Position numbers and translations under genes: made by a program. Of a stretch of 37,516 nt of DNA, positions 23,716 to 33,339 are shown one piece after another. The notes under the pieces were generated by a model. It was given only the letters and a program-made list of their open reading frames with translations. It was not told the DNA's origin and ran no database searches. Location: positions 1-37,516 of the IMG/VR virus record IMGVR_UViG_3300038393_000348. The stretch is one strand, 5' to 3'. Each line of letters starts with the position of its first letter. The stretch's first letter is position 1. Source of the stretch: a virus. Lineage: Duplodnaviria; Caudoviricetes.

Positions 23716-24566
23716 ACCCAAGCTCCTTCGTAACCCCATGCGGACAGGGAGTGGTTGGCGGTGAAACCGTCAGCGGTCCACGACAGCGACCCGCCGCCGA
23801 CAGGGACCGCGCACCAGTTGCCGACGTACGTCGTGACGTTGCGAAGCGAGACCAGCCCGTTGAGCAGCACTTCCCGCGGCTTGCCCGCGTTGATGTCCAC
23901 CCACTGCCCGTCAGGGATCGTGTAGTTGATCGCGATGAGGTCGCCCGTCTCGGCGAGGCTGATGCGCGGGTTGGTCACGCCGCCGTCGATGCGCAGCCGC
24001 GGGTGGTAGGAGGCGGTGCCGGCGTTCGGCAGCGTGATCGCACCGGGCGTCACGCCAGGGGGGACGCCGTAGTCCAGCGGATAGGCCAACGGGTAGACCA
24101 ATCCAGTGCCGCCGGCTGATGCGGCGAGGCTGGTCTGATCGAACGTGGCGGGGCCGTACTTCAGGGGGTCGGCCGCGCGCAGACGCAGTTGGTACCGGAA
24201 CCGCACTGGGCCGATCCACTCCACCGCCGCACCCTGCAGCACCCGGACCATGGTCGACCGGACGCCCAAGTTCGGGTCGTCCACGACGTACTCATGCAAT
24301 GACTTCAGGGTCAGGTCGTTGAGCTGGTCAACGATCGCCAGCGCAGCCGCACGCGACGGCTGCACGACCTCGCCGGTGTGACCGATGACTCGCGCGCCGT
24401 AGTAGCTGGTCGTGTCCCATCCGCCGTCCTGCTGCGCCTTGTCCTGCGCATCGGACCGAACTGGTGGCGCGTCATCCCACCCGGCCAGCGATATGGTCGC
24501 GCGGAAGTCCGCACCGTCACTGTCAGCAAGGAATGGGCCGATGGCAATCGCCCGACGCCAGCCCAT
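23712..24566 (-). CDS. Distal tail protein (Dit)
   Basis: Directly after the tape measure gene; GW...P.VR, L.A.DP.KYG, NAGT....P...I.G...NP. Confidence 0.85.
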   Translation of the reverse strand: MGWRRAIAIGPFLADSDGADFRATISLAGWDDAPPVRSDAQDKAQQDGGWDTTSYYGARVIGHTGEVVQPSRAAALAIVDQLNDLTLKSLHEYVVDDPNLGVRSTMVRVLQGAAVEWIGPVRFRYQLRLRAADPLKYGPATFDQTSLAASAGGTGLVYPLAYPLDYGVPPGVTPGAITLPNAGTASYHPRLRIDGGVTNPRISLAETGDLIAINYTIPDGQWVDINAGKPREVLLNGLVSLRNVTTYVGNWCAVPVGGGSLSWTADGFTANHSLSAWGYEGAWV

Positions 24567-26422
24567 CAGAGGCCCGCCGCAAGTGCGGAGCCGATCAGGC
24601 CCGCGTTGATCCGGTTCGGGCGGCGCGCGATACCGTCGACGATCGCGGCGATGTCCTGCGGGTGAAGGCGCGTGTAGCCATCACCACCCGCACTACCGCC
24701 ACCGACCGCAGCACGGATCTGCTCCTGGTTGATGATCCGGCCCGCGGTCGCCGGCGCGAACAGCTCGGTGGTGCGGTTCCACGACCCGTCCGGGTTGTCA
24801 CCGACCTGGTACAGCGCACCCGGAAACACTGGGCCACCCTTGGCGCGCTGACCGAGGTTGACGTACCCGCCACCGGGCAGGGCGATCCGGCCACCTGTGA
24901 CCGTGCCGCCACCGGAGGACTTGACGACGCCGCCGACCGTGAAGTGCACGTCGACGTTCTTCTTGTTGGGAATCCGCTCGATCGCGGACGCGAGCGCCTT
25001 CGCCTTGCCGGACGCCCTGTCGAGCTTGTCCGCGGCGTCCTTGGCCCAGCCGAAGCCCGGCACCTTGGACAGCGCGCGCAGCATCGCAGACCACATGTCC
25101 GACAGGTCTGCGAACCGGCGCAGGATGAACGCGATGACGCGGCCGATGAGACCCATGAGGGTCTCAAACGCGCGCCACAGGAGTTTCACGGTCTCGATCA
25201 CGACGCGCACCTGGGATGCCCATATGGGCAGGTACTCGCGGATCAGCAGCGCGATGAACGGGATGAGGTTGTTCACGATGAAGTTGCCGATCTTCTTGAT
25301 CGTGTCGGCCCACTTCGCGCCGGTCCCGTCGCCCATCTTGAAGCCGTCGGCGATCGTGTGCAGCGCCTCCTTGAGCGCGGGCAGGATCGTTTTGACGCCC
25401 TTCTCGATGGCCGGCCACAGCTTGCCCGTCACCCAGCCGACGAAAGACAGGACGGCGTCGCGAGCCTTGAGGATGAAGGTGACGAACTTGCTGTCCTCTT
25501 CGACGTTGAACGCCTTGCGCAGCGCGCCGGTGAAGTCGCCGTGGACGAGCAGCTGGAACAGCCCCTTGGCCGCGTTCGCCACCCGGCCCAGTCCGTCGCT
25601 GAGCCGGTCGATGAACGGGCCGGCGTGACTGGCGACGTAGTCGGCCACCTTCGTCAACACTGGGAGCAGCTTCGTGCCGATGGCCCGGAACGCGTCACCG
25701 ACGGCATCCTTCGCGCGAGCCATGGCGCCCTCGAAGCCCTTGCCCGCAGCCTCGGCCGCACCGCCGAATTCCTTGTTCAGCTCGCCGAGGATGAGCTTCT
25801 GCGCATCCAACGTCTTGCCGGACTCGACGAGGGTCTGGATCTGCTTCTTCTGGTCGGCCGTGAACGACACGCCAACCTTCTGCAGGGCTGTTACACCCTT
25901 GATCGGGTCGTTGAGGGCCTTGCCGAGCTGGATCACCGAGCCCTGCATGTCGGTGCCGAGCGCGGTCGACATGTTCAGGGCTGCCTTGGTGGCCTGGTTG
26001 AAGACGTCGTTGCCCTTGCCGACCCCGTCGCGGATGTTGGTGAACGTGGCAAGCACGTTCTGCCCGTTGATGATGACTTCCTCATCCACCCCGGACAGGG
26101 ACTCCAATGCACCGGCGCGCGCCTGAATACCCTTCACGGACTGGTGCGCGACGTTGCCCGTCGACTTGAGGACGGCGGCTGTCTTGTCCGCGAGCTTCTG
26201 GTACGACGCGGCATCCTTGACGCCCTGCACCATCGCCGCGCCAAGCGCGCCGATCCCGGCCACCGCGGCACCGGCACCAGCCGACGCGACACCGATCAGG
26301 GCACCCTTGCCGAGCTTGCCCAGCTTGGACCCGAGCCCGTCCGACTTCTGCCCTACCTTGTCGAACACGTGGGACGCCCGGTCGCGAGCGAGGATGTCAA
26401 AGACTAGCGCGAGGTTAGCCAC
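24566..26422 (-). CDS. Tape measure protein (618 aa)
   Basis: FDILARDRAS N-terminus, QLGKALNDPIKG, aromatic periodicity, RAKGGPV...ELF.P C-terminus. Confidence 0.92.
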   Translation of the reverse strand: MANLALVFDILARDRASHVFDKVGQKSDGLGSKLGKLGKGALIGVASAGAGAAVAGIGALGAAMVQGVKDAASYQKLADKTAAVLKSTGNVAHQSVKGIQARAGALESLSGVDEEVIINGQNVLATFTNIRDGVGKGNDVFNQATKAALNMSTALGTDMQGSVIQLGKALNDPIKGVTALQKVGVSFTADQKKQIQTLVESGKTLDAQKLILGELNKEFGGAAEAAGKGFEGAMARAKDAVGDAFRAIGTKLLPVLTKVADYVASHAGPFIDRLSDGLGRVANAAKGLFQLLVHGDFTGALRKAFNVEEDSKFVTFILKARDAVLSFVGWVTGKLWPAIEKGVKTILPALKEALHTIADGFKMGDGTGAKWADTIKKIGNFIVNNLIPFIALLIREYLPIWASQVRVVIETVKLLWRAFETLMGLIGRVIAFILRRFADLSDMWSAMLRALSKVPGFGWAKDAADKLDRASGKAKALASAIERIPNKKNVDVHFTVGGVVKSSGGGTVTGGRIALPGGGYVNLGQRAKGGPVFPGALYQVGDNPDGSWNRTTELFAPATAGRIINQEQIRAAVGGGSAGGDGYTRLHPQDIAAIVDGIARRPNRINAGLIGSALAAGL

Positions 26423-26423
26423 G

Positions 26424-26936
26424 TCATCCCTCCCAGGGCATCTTGCGTAGGGTTCCGCTGGCCTGCGCCACGATCATCTGAGCGATGTCTTCCATGGCCT
26501 TCTCGAGCGCCTTGCGGATCTCGGGCGCCGCGTCGCGGTACGTCTCGTCGAACCAGCCCTTGAGTCCTGGCACTTCTTGGTTGACCCACCGCCAGTCCTT
26601 GCGGGGCTTCTCGCCGTCAGCGAACACGGGGTGGCGGATGCGCCCCTTCGTGTTCGCGAGATGCGCGTTGCTGGCGCGCTTACTGCCGTACTTCACGACC
26701 ACGGAGACGCCCGGGTCGCGACCGGTCTTAACCTGCACGGTCTGGGACGCGGCGTTGCCTCGACCGCCGTAGGGCAGCCCGTCCTTAAGCCGCCGCTGCG
26801 CCTGCTTCATGGCAGGCTTAACGGCCTTACGCATTCCGGCGGTGAGTGCCTGCCGCATTGGCTTGTCGCCCGCAGCCTTGAGAGCCTTGGACAGGTCAAG
26901 GAACTGCTGTGCGCCGCGCACCTCGAAGTCGTTCAC
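26424..26936 (-). CDS. HK97 gp10-like tail/neck completion protein
   Basis: VRGAQQ...L.KALK, GRIRHPVF, W..Q....GWF pattern. Confidence 0.65.
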   Translation of the reverse strand: MNDFEVRGAQQFLDLSKALKAAGDKPMRQALTAGMRKAVKPAMKQAQRRLKDGLPYGGRGNAASQTVQVKTGRDPGVSVVVKYGSKRASNAHLANTKGRIRHPVFADGEKPRKDWRWVNQEVPGLKGWFDETYRDAAPEIRKALEKAMEDIAQMIVAQASGTLRKMPWEG

Positions 26937-27624
26937 GCGACCCCCAGTTCTCGGCGCAGTTCCTGTTCCTCGCGCGGGATGGCCCGGCCCCGTTCGTCCT
27001 CGCCGAATGGCTCGTCGAGGATCGAGTCGAACCGCTCCCGCCAGTCCTCCACGAGGTCGTCACCACGCGCCTCGCGGGCGCGCAGGTCGGCCTCGAACCG
27101 CTCGAACAGCAGGACGTATGCGAGGTCGCAGACGTCAGACAGGGTCAGGCCGAAGCGCGCGAACCCTGGGCCTCGCTTGCCTGCATGACCATGAGTGCCA
27201 TCGACGGCCGCCCCTCGGTCTCCAGCCGGCGCACGACCCGAGAGGATGAGTCGCCCGCGGAGGTAGGCGCGGTTCGCGTCGGCCCATCCGAGGAGTCGGA
27301 GGGCCGTTCGGTAGGGCGGTCGGTGACCGCCTCGACGACGGCGTACAGGACGCCCATGAGGTCGTCCACGCCCTGGCGCTCACGCTTGGCCGTCGACCAG
27401 AACGTGTCGAAGTCGTCCGGGTGCACGACCATGCGGAACGTGCCCTTGAGCAGGGCCATCGCCTCGCTGATGTTCGCCTCGTCCACCTTGGCTGCAGACT
27501 CGAGGAAGTCCGCTACCTCGAGCTCGGTGAAGTCCGGGTTGGAGCGCAGGGTGTGTTCGAACCAGCCGAACGTGTCCGGCTCGGCAGCCTCCCGCGGCGT
27601 GCCGAAGCTGCCGAGGTCAGCCAC
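26933..27624 (-). CDS. Tail assembly chaperone, long form (-1 frameshift near 27311-27319)
   Basis: The -1 frame is open from CCC TAC through PYRTALRLLGWA...LSDVCDLAYVLL to TGA at 26933; no obvious independent start. Confidence 0.75.
27145..27624 (-). CDS. Tail assembly chaperone, short form
   Basis: Follows the major tail gene; EAVTDRPT motif. Confidence 0.82.
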   Translation of the reverse strand: MADLGSFGTPREAAEPDTFGWFEHTLRSNPDFTELEVADFLESAAKVDEANISEAMALLKGTFRMVVHPDDFDTFWSTAKRERQGVDDLMGVLYAVVEAVTDRPTERPSDSSDGPTRTAPTSAGDSSSRVVRRLETEGRPSMALMVMQASEAQGSRASA

Positions 27625-28207
27625 GAGTCGTACCCGCCGCCCAGAACGTGAACGGCTTGCTCGACCCAACCGGCATCTCCATGTTGAAGGTGCACGGGAT
27701 CGCCGCGATATCAGGCGCCTTCTTGAACGCTGACTCGACCTCGCCGCCCTGGATGCACTGGCGCAGCAGCAGTCGCAGCGTGTGGTCGGTCGACTCCCAC
27801 AGGATCATCGACCGGACCTCGGTGCCGGGGTCCGGGGGCTCGAACTTGAACAGCGACGTGGCGCCGGTGCCGCTGAGCGCGGTCAGCGCGGCGACGCCGC
27901 CGTTGAGGGCGCGCTGGTAGTTCGACAGCGTGTAGTTCGCGAGGTTGAACGCGATCGACCCAGCGCGCTCGGTGGTGGCGTACTTGATCGGGTCGAAGAA
28001 CTCCGCGACGTTGATCGCCTCCACCGTGGTGGCGTACTTGAACGATGAGCCCTCCGTGGTGGCGCCTAGCGGAACCCACGCAACCGCCGGGTCGTCTGTG
28101 AAGACGCTGCCCGCCACGGTGTTCGTCGGGTCGGCGGTCCCCAGGGGGGCCATCCACAACATGCCTGGATCGGTCAGGACCGTGGGCACTGCAACGGCGT
28201 GAGACAT
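27617..28207 (-). CDS. Major tail (tube) protein
   Basis: G.LW.APLGTADP, W.PLGAT.EG; position in the tail module. Confidence 0.85.
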   Translation of the reverse strand: MSHAVAVPTVLTDPGMLWMAPLGTADPTNTVAGSVFTDDPAVAWVPLGATTEGSSFKYATTVEAINVAEFFDPIKYATTERAGSIAFNLANYTLSNYQRALNGGVAALTALSGTGATSLFKFEPPDPGTEVRSMILWESTDHTLRLLLRQCIQGGEVESAFKKAPDIAAIPCTFNMEMPVGSSKPFTFWAAGTTRG

Positions 28208-28210
28208 GGC

Positions 28211-28411
28211 TCAGCTCTCCTTGGTGTCGGTGGCCTTGACCGGCCGGACTTCGTCCTTGCGCACCACGCCACCGGTGACGTGCGAGGCGGGCACGGGGTC
28301 GCCTGGGTTGAACGCCCGCGCCCCGTTCACGTCGATGGGCACGGTGGCGACGTACGCGCCCCACTCCGCCCGCTGCTCGTCGAGGTACTGCTCGACGGTC
28401 TTCTCGGCCAT
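28211..28411 (-). CDS. Small virion-associated protein
   Basis: RBS AAGGAG; YVA..PI.VNGARAFNPGDPVP. Confidence 0.72.
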   Translation of the reverse strand: MAEKTVEQYLDEQRAEWGAYVATVPIDVNGARAFNPGDPVPASHVTGGVVRKDEVRPVKATDTKES

Positions 28412-28454
28412 GTCTGCTGCTCCTTGTCAGGTGATCGTGAAGTACGGGAAGTGC

Positions 28455-28898
28455 TCAGGCCGGGGACGCGTAGACGGTGGCGCGCACCACGTACAGCGGC
28501 TCATCCTCAGAGCTCGTGGACGCGTTCGCCGCGTCAGTGGCCTGCCCAGACACCCCGCTGACCACGACCAACTTGGTGCCGGACGTGACCAATGCGGCGG
28601 GTGGGGCTGCATTGACTGCGCGGAGGGCGGCGATCAGGGCGATGCCGGCTTTGCGAGCCGCTGCCGCGTCGGTAACCGAGTAGATGTTGAACGTGCACTC
28701 GCCAACCGTGAGGGTGCCCTCGGCGTCGCCGCCGTCCGCCGACGGGTCGGCCGCTACGAGTGCGTACACCCCGCGTTGAGGCGACCGCAGCCGGTGCTCA
28801 TGAAAGCCCAAGGCAAGGGGCTTACCTTGGCCGACGAGACCGGTCAGGCCGTTTCCCCACTCGCGGACGCAGGCGATGAGGTCCACGATGGTACTCAC
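28455..28898 (-). CDS. Tail terminator-like protein
   Basis: Position and size; beta-rich with C-terminal Y.V.AT. Confidence 0.62.
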   Translation of the reverse strand: MSTIVDLIACVREWGNGLTGLVGQGKPLALGFHEHRLRSPQRGVYALVAADPSADGGDAEGTLTVGECTFNIYSVTDAAAARKAGIALIAALRAVNAAPPAALVTSGTKLVVVSGVSGQATDAANASTSSEDEPLYVVRATVYASPA

Positions 28899-29356
28899 CG
28901 GAGATAGTCCCAGCCGGGGCCGTCGAGTTGGGGAGGCCAGGCGTCAGGAAAGGACCCGCGGGGAGATGGGACCGTAGACACGACCACGACCCCAGAGGCG
29001 CGGTTGGCCGCGACCAGCTCATTCCGACCGCTCTGCGCCTCAGCCAGGAGGACCGAGGCGACCTGGTCGATCTCGTCATTGCGGACCGGGTAGGACAACT
29101 CCACCATCGCTGCCGCGCGAAGCGCCGCGACGTTCTTGGCGGTGTCCTCGAGATCCGTGGCGACCGGACCCGTGACTGCGAGAATCCACCCGCATGCGGC
29201 GTCGATCAGGCGCGTGACCTGCGCGTCGGTCGGGTACGTGTTGGCCGAGAAGGTCCCGGTCGGGGTGTCCGATCCGGGGGTCACGGCATCGACAGTGCGG
29301 GAGGTGACGTAGTCCGCCACGTCTTGGACGGCGGGGGCCCACGATGGTGCAGGCAT
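28895..29356 (-). CDS. Head-to-tail adaptor
   Basis: P...DVA....RT, F...T.PT..QV..LI..A, AA..VELSY motifs. Confidence 0.78.
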   Translation of the reverse strand: MPAPSWAPAVQDVADYVTSRTVDAVTPGSDTPTGTFSANTYPTDAQVTRLIDAACGWILAVTGPVATDLEDTAKNVAALRAAAMVELSYPVRNDEIDQVASVLLAEAQSGRNELVAANRASGVVVVSTVPSPRGSFPDAWPPQLDGPGWDYLR

Positions 29357-29375
29357 CTACGTCACCTCCCGTCTG

Positions 29376-29570
29376 TCACTTCGAAGCCGACTTGGCGTCC
29401 TTCGTCGAGGCCTTCTCGACGAGGCCCTTGCGGAGGTGGCGGTCGAGCTCGTCGCCAGACACGGCGTTGGTGACGACCGCGCCCGCGTAGAAGCCCTGAA
29501 CGACCTCGGCGCCGTTGGCGTCCTCGACCTTGAGCGTCACGTATGGCGCCTTGACGACGTAGCCGCTCAT
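29376..29570 (-). CDS. Small head-associated protein
   Basis: TGATG-coupled to the MCP; RHLRKGLVE. Confidence 0.7.
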   Translation of the reverse strand: MSGYVVKAPYVTLKVEDANGAEVVQGFYAGAVVTNAVSGDELDRHLRKGLVEKASTKDAKSASK

Positions 29571-30493
29571 CAGGACACCACCCCGGTGATCTCCTGGCCC
29601 GCGCCGGTCTCCTGCACGACCGGGACCGTCTTGCGGCGACCCTGGAGGTCCCACGAGTCGGTCTCGTCGCGCCGGATCGGCTTGATCTGCACGGCGAGGT
29701 CGGCCACCGCGTAACCGGGTGCACCGTCAACCTCGTCAGCCATGCCGCCGAGGGCGTTGGAGTCCAGCACGAGGGCGTTGAGGCCGTTCGGCAGGTTCGG
29801 CGTCTTGATGACGTTCAGGCCAGCGACCGACTCGATCATGCCGGTGTAGACCGGGTTGTCGGAGGTCTCACGCTTCCGAAGCTGCGCGATGGCGTCGTTC
29901 AGCATCAGGTAGGTGTAGGCCTTCGGCGACACGACGAGGGTGTCAGGGTTGTAGCCCTGGTTACGGTCCTCGATCGTCTGCACCGCGAGGAGGATGTCCT
30001 CAAGGGGCTTCCGGTTGGCGACGGTGGCGTTGTTCCACGTGGCGATGGCCGCGGTGTCAGCGAGTGCCGAGGCGACTGCCGACATAGCGATCGTGTCGAC
30101 CTGCTTGATGACCGAGTTGATCACCTTGCGGAACTTGCGGTCGACGGCCGCGCCGGCGAGCGCGTTGCGCGCGATCTCCTCGTCGGTGAGGCGGACCTTC
30201 TGGCCCCACTTGACGATGGCCGCGAGCGCCGCCGTGCCGGTCGGGTCGTTCGCGTAGGGGTACTCAGACCCCGGCGCGACTGCCTCAACGGCGCGGTCGG
30301 TCAGCTGCGACTCGCTCTGGTCGTAGAGCACCGCCCCGCCCGACGAGCGGAACCGCTGGGTGAGGATCTGGTCGGACACGAACCGCAGGTCGCGGTAGTC
30401 GCGCAGACGCCGCTGGATGGCAGCCGGGCTCTGGAGGAACCTGCTGATGGTGAGCATGTCGCCCGAAAGGGTGGGCGTGGGCTGCAGAGGCAT
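29570..30493 (-). CDS. Major capsid protein (HK97 fold)
   Basis: GGAVLY, VAPGSEYP, KWG....TDE, GYNPDTLVV; position after the protease and decoration genes. Confidence 0.88.
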   Translation of the reverse strand: MPLQPTPTLSGDMLTISRFLQSPAAIQRRLRDYRDLRFVSDQILTQRFRSSGGAVLYDQSESQLTDRAVEAVAPGSEYPYANDPTGTAALAAIVKWGQKVRLTDEEIARNALAGAAVDRKFRKVINSVIKQVDTIAMSAVASALADTAAIATWNNATVANRKPLEDILLAVQTIEDRNQGYNPDTLVVSPKAYTYLMLNDAIAQLRKRETSDNPVYTGMIESVAGLNVIKTPNLPNGLNALVLDSNALGGMADEVDGAPGYAVADLAVQIKPIRRDETDSWDLQGRRKTVPVVQETGAGQEITGVVS

Positions 30494-30513
30494 GCCTTAT
30501 CTCCCTTCGGGGA

Positions 30514-30900
30514 TTAGTTGCGTCCGTCGACGCGGACGAGGAGCGGCGAACCGGCAGCCGTGGTGACTGCGGTGCCGATGAGGGTGCCGGCCGCGGCTGC
30601 GGTGGCAATGGTGGCCGTCTTGACCTGGCCGTTGGCGTCGGAGACGACACCGGCGTCAGCGGTGATCGCACCAGACGCCTCGAGCTCGTGCACGACACCG
30701 ACGACCGGCCAGACGGCGACGACGGCACCGGAAGCGGCGTCGTGCGCTGCGACGCCGACGACAGTGGCGTCGTCGGCACCAGCGTGGGCGACGGTGCCGT
30801 TGCCGGACACGGCCACGAGCCGGCGGCCGGTCACGGCAGCTGAGGTGGTAAAGGTCTTCGGGACGGAGCCGCCCGAGTAGACAGGCGTGTAGTCGGCCAT
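30514..30900 (-). CDS. Capsid decoration / cement protein
   Basis: 128 aa, Ala/Gly/Val-rich, VGVAAHDAASG; between the scaffold and MCP. Confidence 0.78.
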   Translation of the reverse strand: MADYTPVYSGGSVPKTFTTSAAVTGRRLVAVSGNGTVAHAGADDATVVGVAAHDAASGAVVAVWPVVGVVHELEASGAITADAGVVSDANGQVKTATIATAAAAGTLIGTAVTTAAGSPLLVRVDGRN

Positions 30901-30902
30901 GG

Positions 30903-32084
30903 TCAGGCCTCCTTCGGGAAGATGTGGGAGAACTCGTCGAAGTCGCTGTCGTCACCCGCGTGACCCAGCTCGTTCATGGGCACCACACCCTTGGCGAGGC
31001 CGTTGATGACCTCACGGGTGCCATCGGGGTCGGCGTCCCACAGGCGCTCCCAGTGCTCTGAGCGCGCCTTGGGGAACTTGCCATCCTTGACCGCCGTGGC
31101 GATCACGGTGTCCCGCTCGTCGCGGCGGCGGCGGTTGTCGGCAGCCACGAGCCGCTCAATGCGGTCCTGCTGCGCCTGCCATGCCGAGGCGTCGATAACC
31201 ATCGTGCCGGGAGCGGCAGCGACGGGGGTCGGAGCGGGCGCCGGCGATGCCGAAGCCTGAGGGGTCGCAGACGGGGCGGCAGGGGCCTCGGCGCGCTCGG
31301 AGAGCGCTTCCCCCAGGGCGGCCAGGATGGTCGCCTCGTCAGCGTCGGTTGCGATCCCGAGCTGCTGCCGCATACTGGTGAGCTGCTCGTCGCTGAATGC
31401 CACGGCGGGGCTCCCTTCCGGCTTTTCTGTGGACCCGGACGCGGACACGGCCGGGTGCTTTGGGGCCGGGGCGTGAGCGCGCCCGGCGTAGTTGAAGATC
31501 GACAGGTCGAAGCGAGCCTTGACGGACTCGGGAACGGGCGACTCGACGGCGATGGCGTCGGCGAGGCCGACGTCTACGGCTTCCTGCGCCGTGTACCACG
31601 TTTCGGCGTCCATGGCTGCGCGCCAGAACTCGAGGTCGCCGCCTGCCTTGTGCATGTAGATGCTGGCGAGGTTGTCGCGCATCTGGTCGAGCCGGTCGGC
31701 GATCTCCCGAAGGTCTCTGGCGTCACTGCCGCCGACGTTCGCGGCCGGGTTGTGGATCATGATCTCCGCGCCCAGACCCATGACCACCTTGTCAGCGCCA
31801 CCTGCGACGATGACCGAGGCGATGGACGCTGCCATGCCGTCCACATACGCCGTGACCGTGGCGGGGTGCTTGCGCAGGCTGTTCATGATCGCCAGGCCCT
31901 CGAAAGCGTCGCCGCCCGGGGAGTTGACGTGCAGGTCGATGGCGTTCGCCGTGATGGCGTCAAGGTCGCGGGCAAACTCAGAGGCGTAGACGCCGAACCA
32001 CCCGCCCACGCCGTCGAAGATCCGAATCACGGCGGGGCTGTCGCTGCTGCCAGCATTCTCGATCTGGTACCACTTGCGGCTCAC
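30903..32084 (-). CDS. ClpP-type head maturation protease fused to scaffold
   Basis: VNSPGGD, DGMAASIAS, MIHNP, MDAETWYTAQEA; helical C-terminal scaffold region. Confidence 0.92.
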   Translation of the reverse strand: MSRKWYQIENAGSSDSPAVIRIFDGVGGWFGVYASEFARDLDAITANAIDLHVNSPGGDAFEGLAIMNSLRKHPATVTAYVDGMAASIASVIVAGGADKVVMGLGAEIMIHNPAANVGGSDARDLREIADRLDQMRDNLASIYMHKAGGDLEFWRAAMDAETWYTAQEAVDVGLADAIAVESPVPESVKARFDLSIFNYAGRAHAPAPKHPAVSASGSTEKPEGSPAVAFSDEQLTSMRQQLGIATDADEATILAALGEALSERAEAPAAPSATPQASASPAPAPTPVAAAPGTMVIDASAWQAQQDRIERLVAADNRRRRDERDTVIATAVKDGKFPKARSEHWERLWDADPDGTREVINGLAKGVVPMNELGHAGDDSDFDEFSHIFPKEA

Positions 32085-33313
32085 GATGCCTCCTGGTTCG
32101 GGACGGAGCGAAGGAACTTCACGAGGTCGGCATCTGACGTGAGCCCAGCCGACTCGCGAACGCGGTCAAGCTCCGAGGATCGGGTGCCGATCTCGTCGAA
32201 AACGATCTGCGGAGCAGGCTCCGTCGGGCCGAAGTTCAGGTCGACCAAGTCCTCGACGATGTGGGCGTTCGCGGTGTCGCGCACCATCTCCGCGACGGCC
32301 TGCAGTGACAGGGTGAAGAAGTCCGCGAAGGTGGACCCGAGGGCCCATGACCCGGTCTGGGTGCCGAGGTTCAGGAAGTGGCCGAGCGCCGAGCGGGCGA
32401 TCTGCTCGTCGTGGTAGCGGACGAACTTGTCGATGTCGGGCAGGGCCCCCGTAACGCCGACGAGGGACAGCTTGGCGCCATTGGGGATCGCGCCTCCGGC
32501 GTTGTCCCCGGCTCGAACGGCCTTGGCCATGTCCGTGCCAGCGGAGAGATCCTTCTCGCCCTCGGCCGACTCGTAGATCGGGATACCGATCCCGTTCCGG
32601 TCGATCGACGTCGACCACGTCCGCAGCGCACGGTCCTTCAAGATCCAGTTCTTGTACGCCGAGCGCAGCAGCGACTGGCCCTGCCAGTTGCCCCCTTCGC
32701 GCTCCAAGACGTAGGCCACGAGCCGGGACACTGGCAGCACGACCCCGGTTGAGCCGGGCATGACGCCAGGACCCATCTGCCCGGTGCCGGTGCTGTACTG
32801 CTCGATGGACACGAGGCCGCCGTCGCGGGCGACGTTGATCTTCGAGATCGACTGCGGTAGTCGCGGGCCCAGCTTGCGCAGCCGGTACAGCCCGGCATCG
32901 TCGATGCGGTACACCTGCTCGAAGAACATGTGCCCGAAGGGCAGCATGAGCAGGGCCAGCCGAAGGTGGTCCTGCCACGAGAAGCGGTCGCGCCCGCGAA
33001 GCTGCGACGTGAAGTCGTCTTCGGGGTCTGCGTCGGCGATCGGTAGGCCGAGGCTGGAGGCGACCGCCATGGTCACCTCCGGGCGGCAACCCCGCCCGTC
33101 CAGGCGCCACCCGGTGCGGATGATCGGAGAGGTCACAGCTCGCAGCACAGACGAGACCTGCGCGTCCTGGTGCCGCATCCGGTCGAACACCTGCACCGAG
33201 AGAGGCCACACCAACTCAGGCGTGGTCTCTCCGCTCATGTCCCCCCAGAACGAGGGGTCGGCCGCGTATCCACGCTCACGAACGGGCCGAGGGGCGGGAG
33301 GAATGACGGTCAC
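32081..33313 (-). CDS. Portal protein (Mu gp29 / DUF935-like)
   Basis: M..QD.QV, GH.FFEQVY, G.SLLRSAYK.W, GSWALG. Confidence 0.9.
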   Translation of the reverse strand: MTVIPPAPRPVRERGYAADPSFWGDMSGETTPELVWPLSVQVFDRMRHQDAQVSSVLRAVTSPIIRTGWRLDGRGCRPEVTMAVASSLGLPIADADPEDDFTSQLRGRDRFSWQDHLRLALLMLPFGHMFFEQVYRIDDAGLYRLRKLGPRLPQSISKINVARDGGLVSIEQYSTGTGQMGPGVMPGSTGVVLPVSRLVAYVLEREGGNWQGQSLLRSAYKNWILKDRALRTWSTSIDRNGIGIPIYESAEGEKDLSAGTDMAKAVRAGDNAGGAIPNGAKLSLVGVTGALPDIDKFVRYHDEQIARSALGHFLNLGTQTGSWALGSTFADFFTLSLQAVAEMVRDTANAHIVEDLVDLNFGPTEPAPQIVFDEIGTRSSELDRVRESAGLTSDADLVKFLRSVPNQEAS

Positions 33314-33339
33314 GATGCCCCCTCTCCCGGGTTTCTTGG

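Noticed and set aside
24464-26407. 647-aa plus-strand ORF and other long antisense ORFs
   Set aside because: Antisense shadows of real high-GC genes (here the tape measure gene); no SD or motifs
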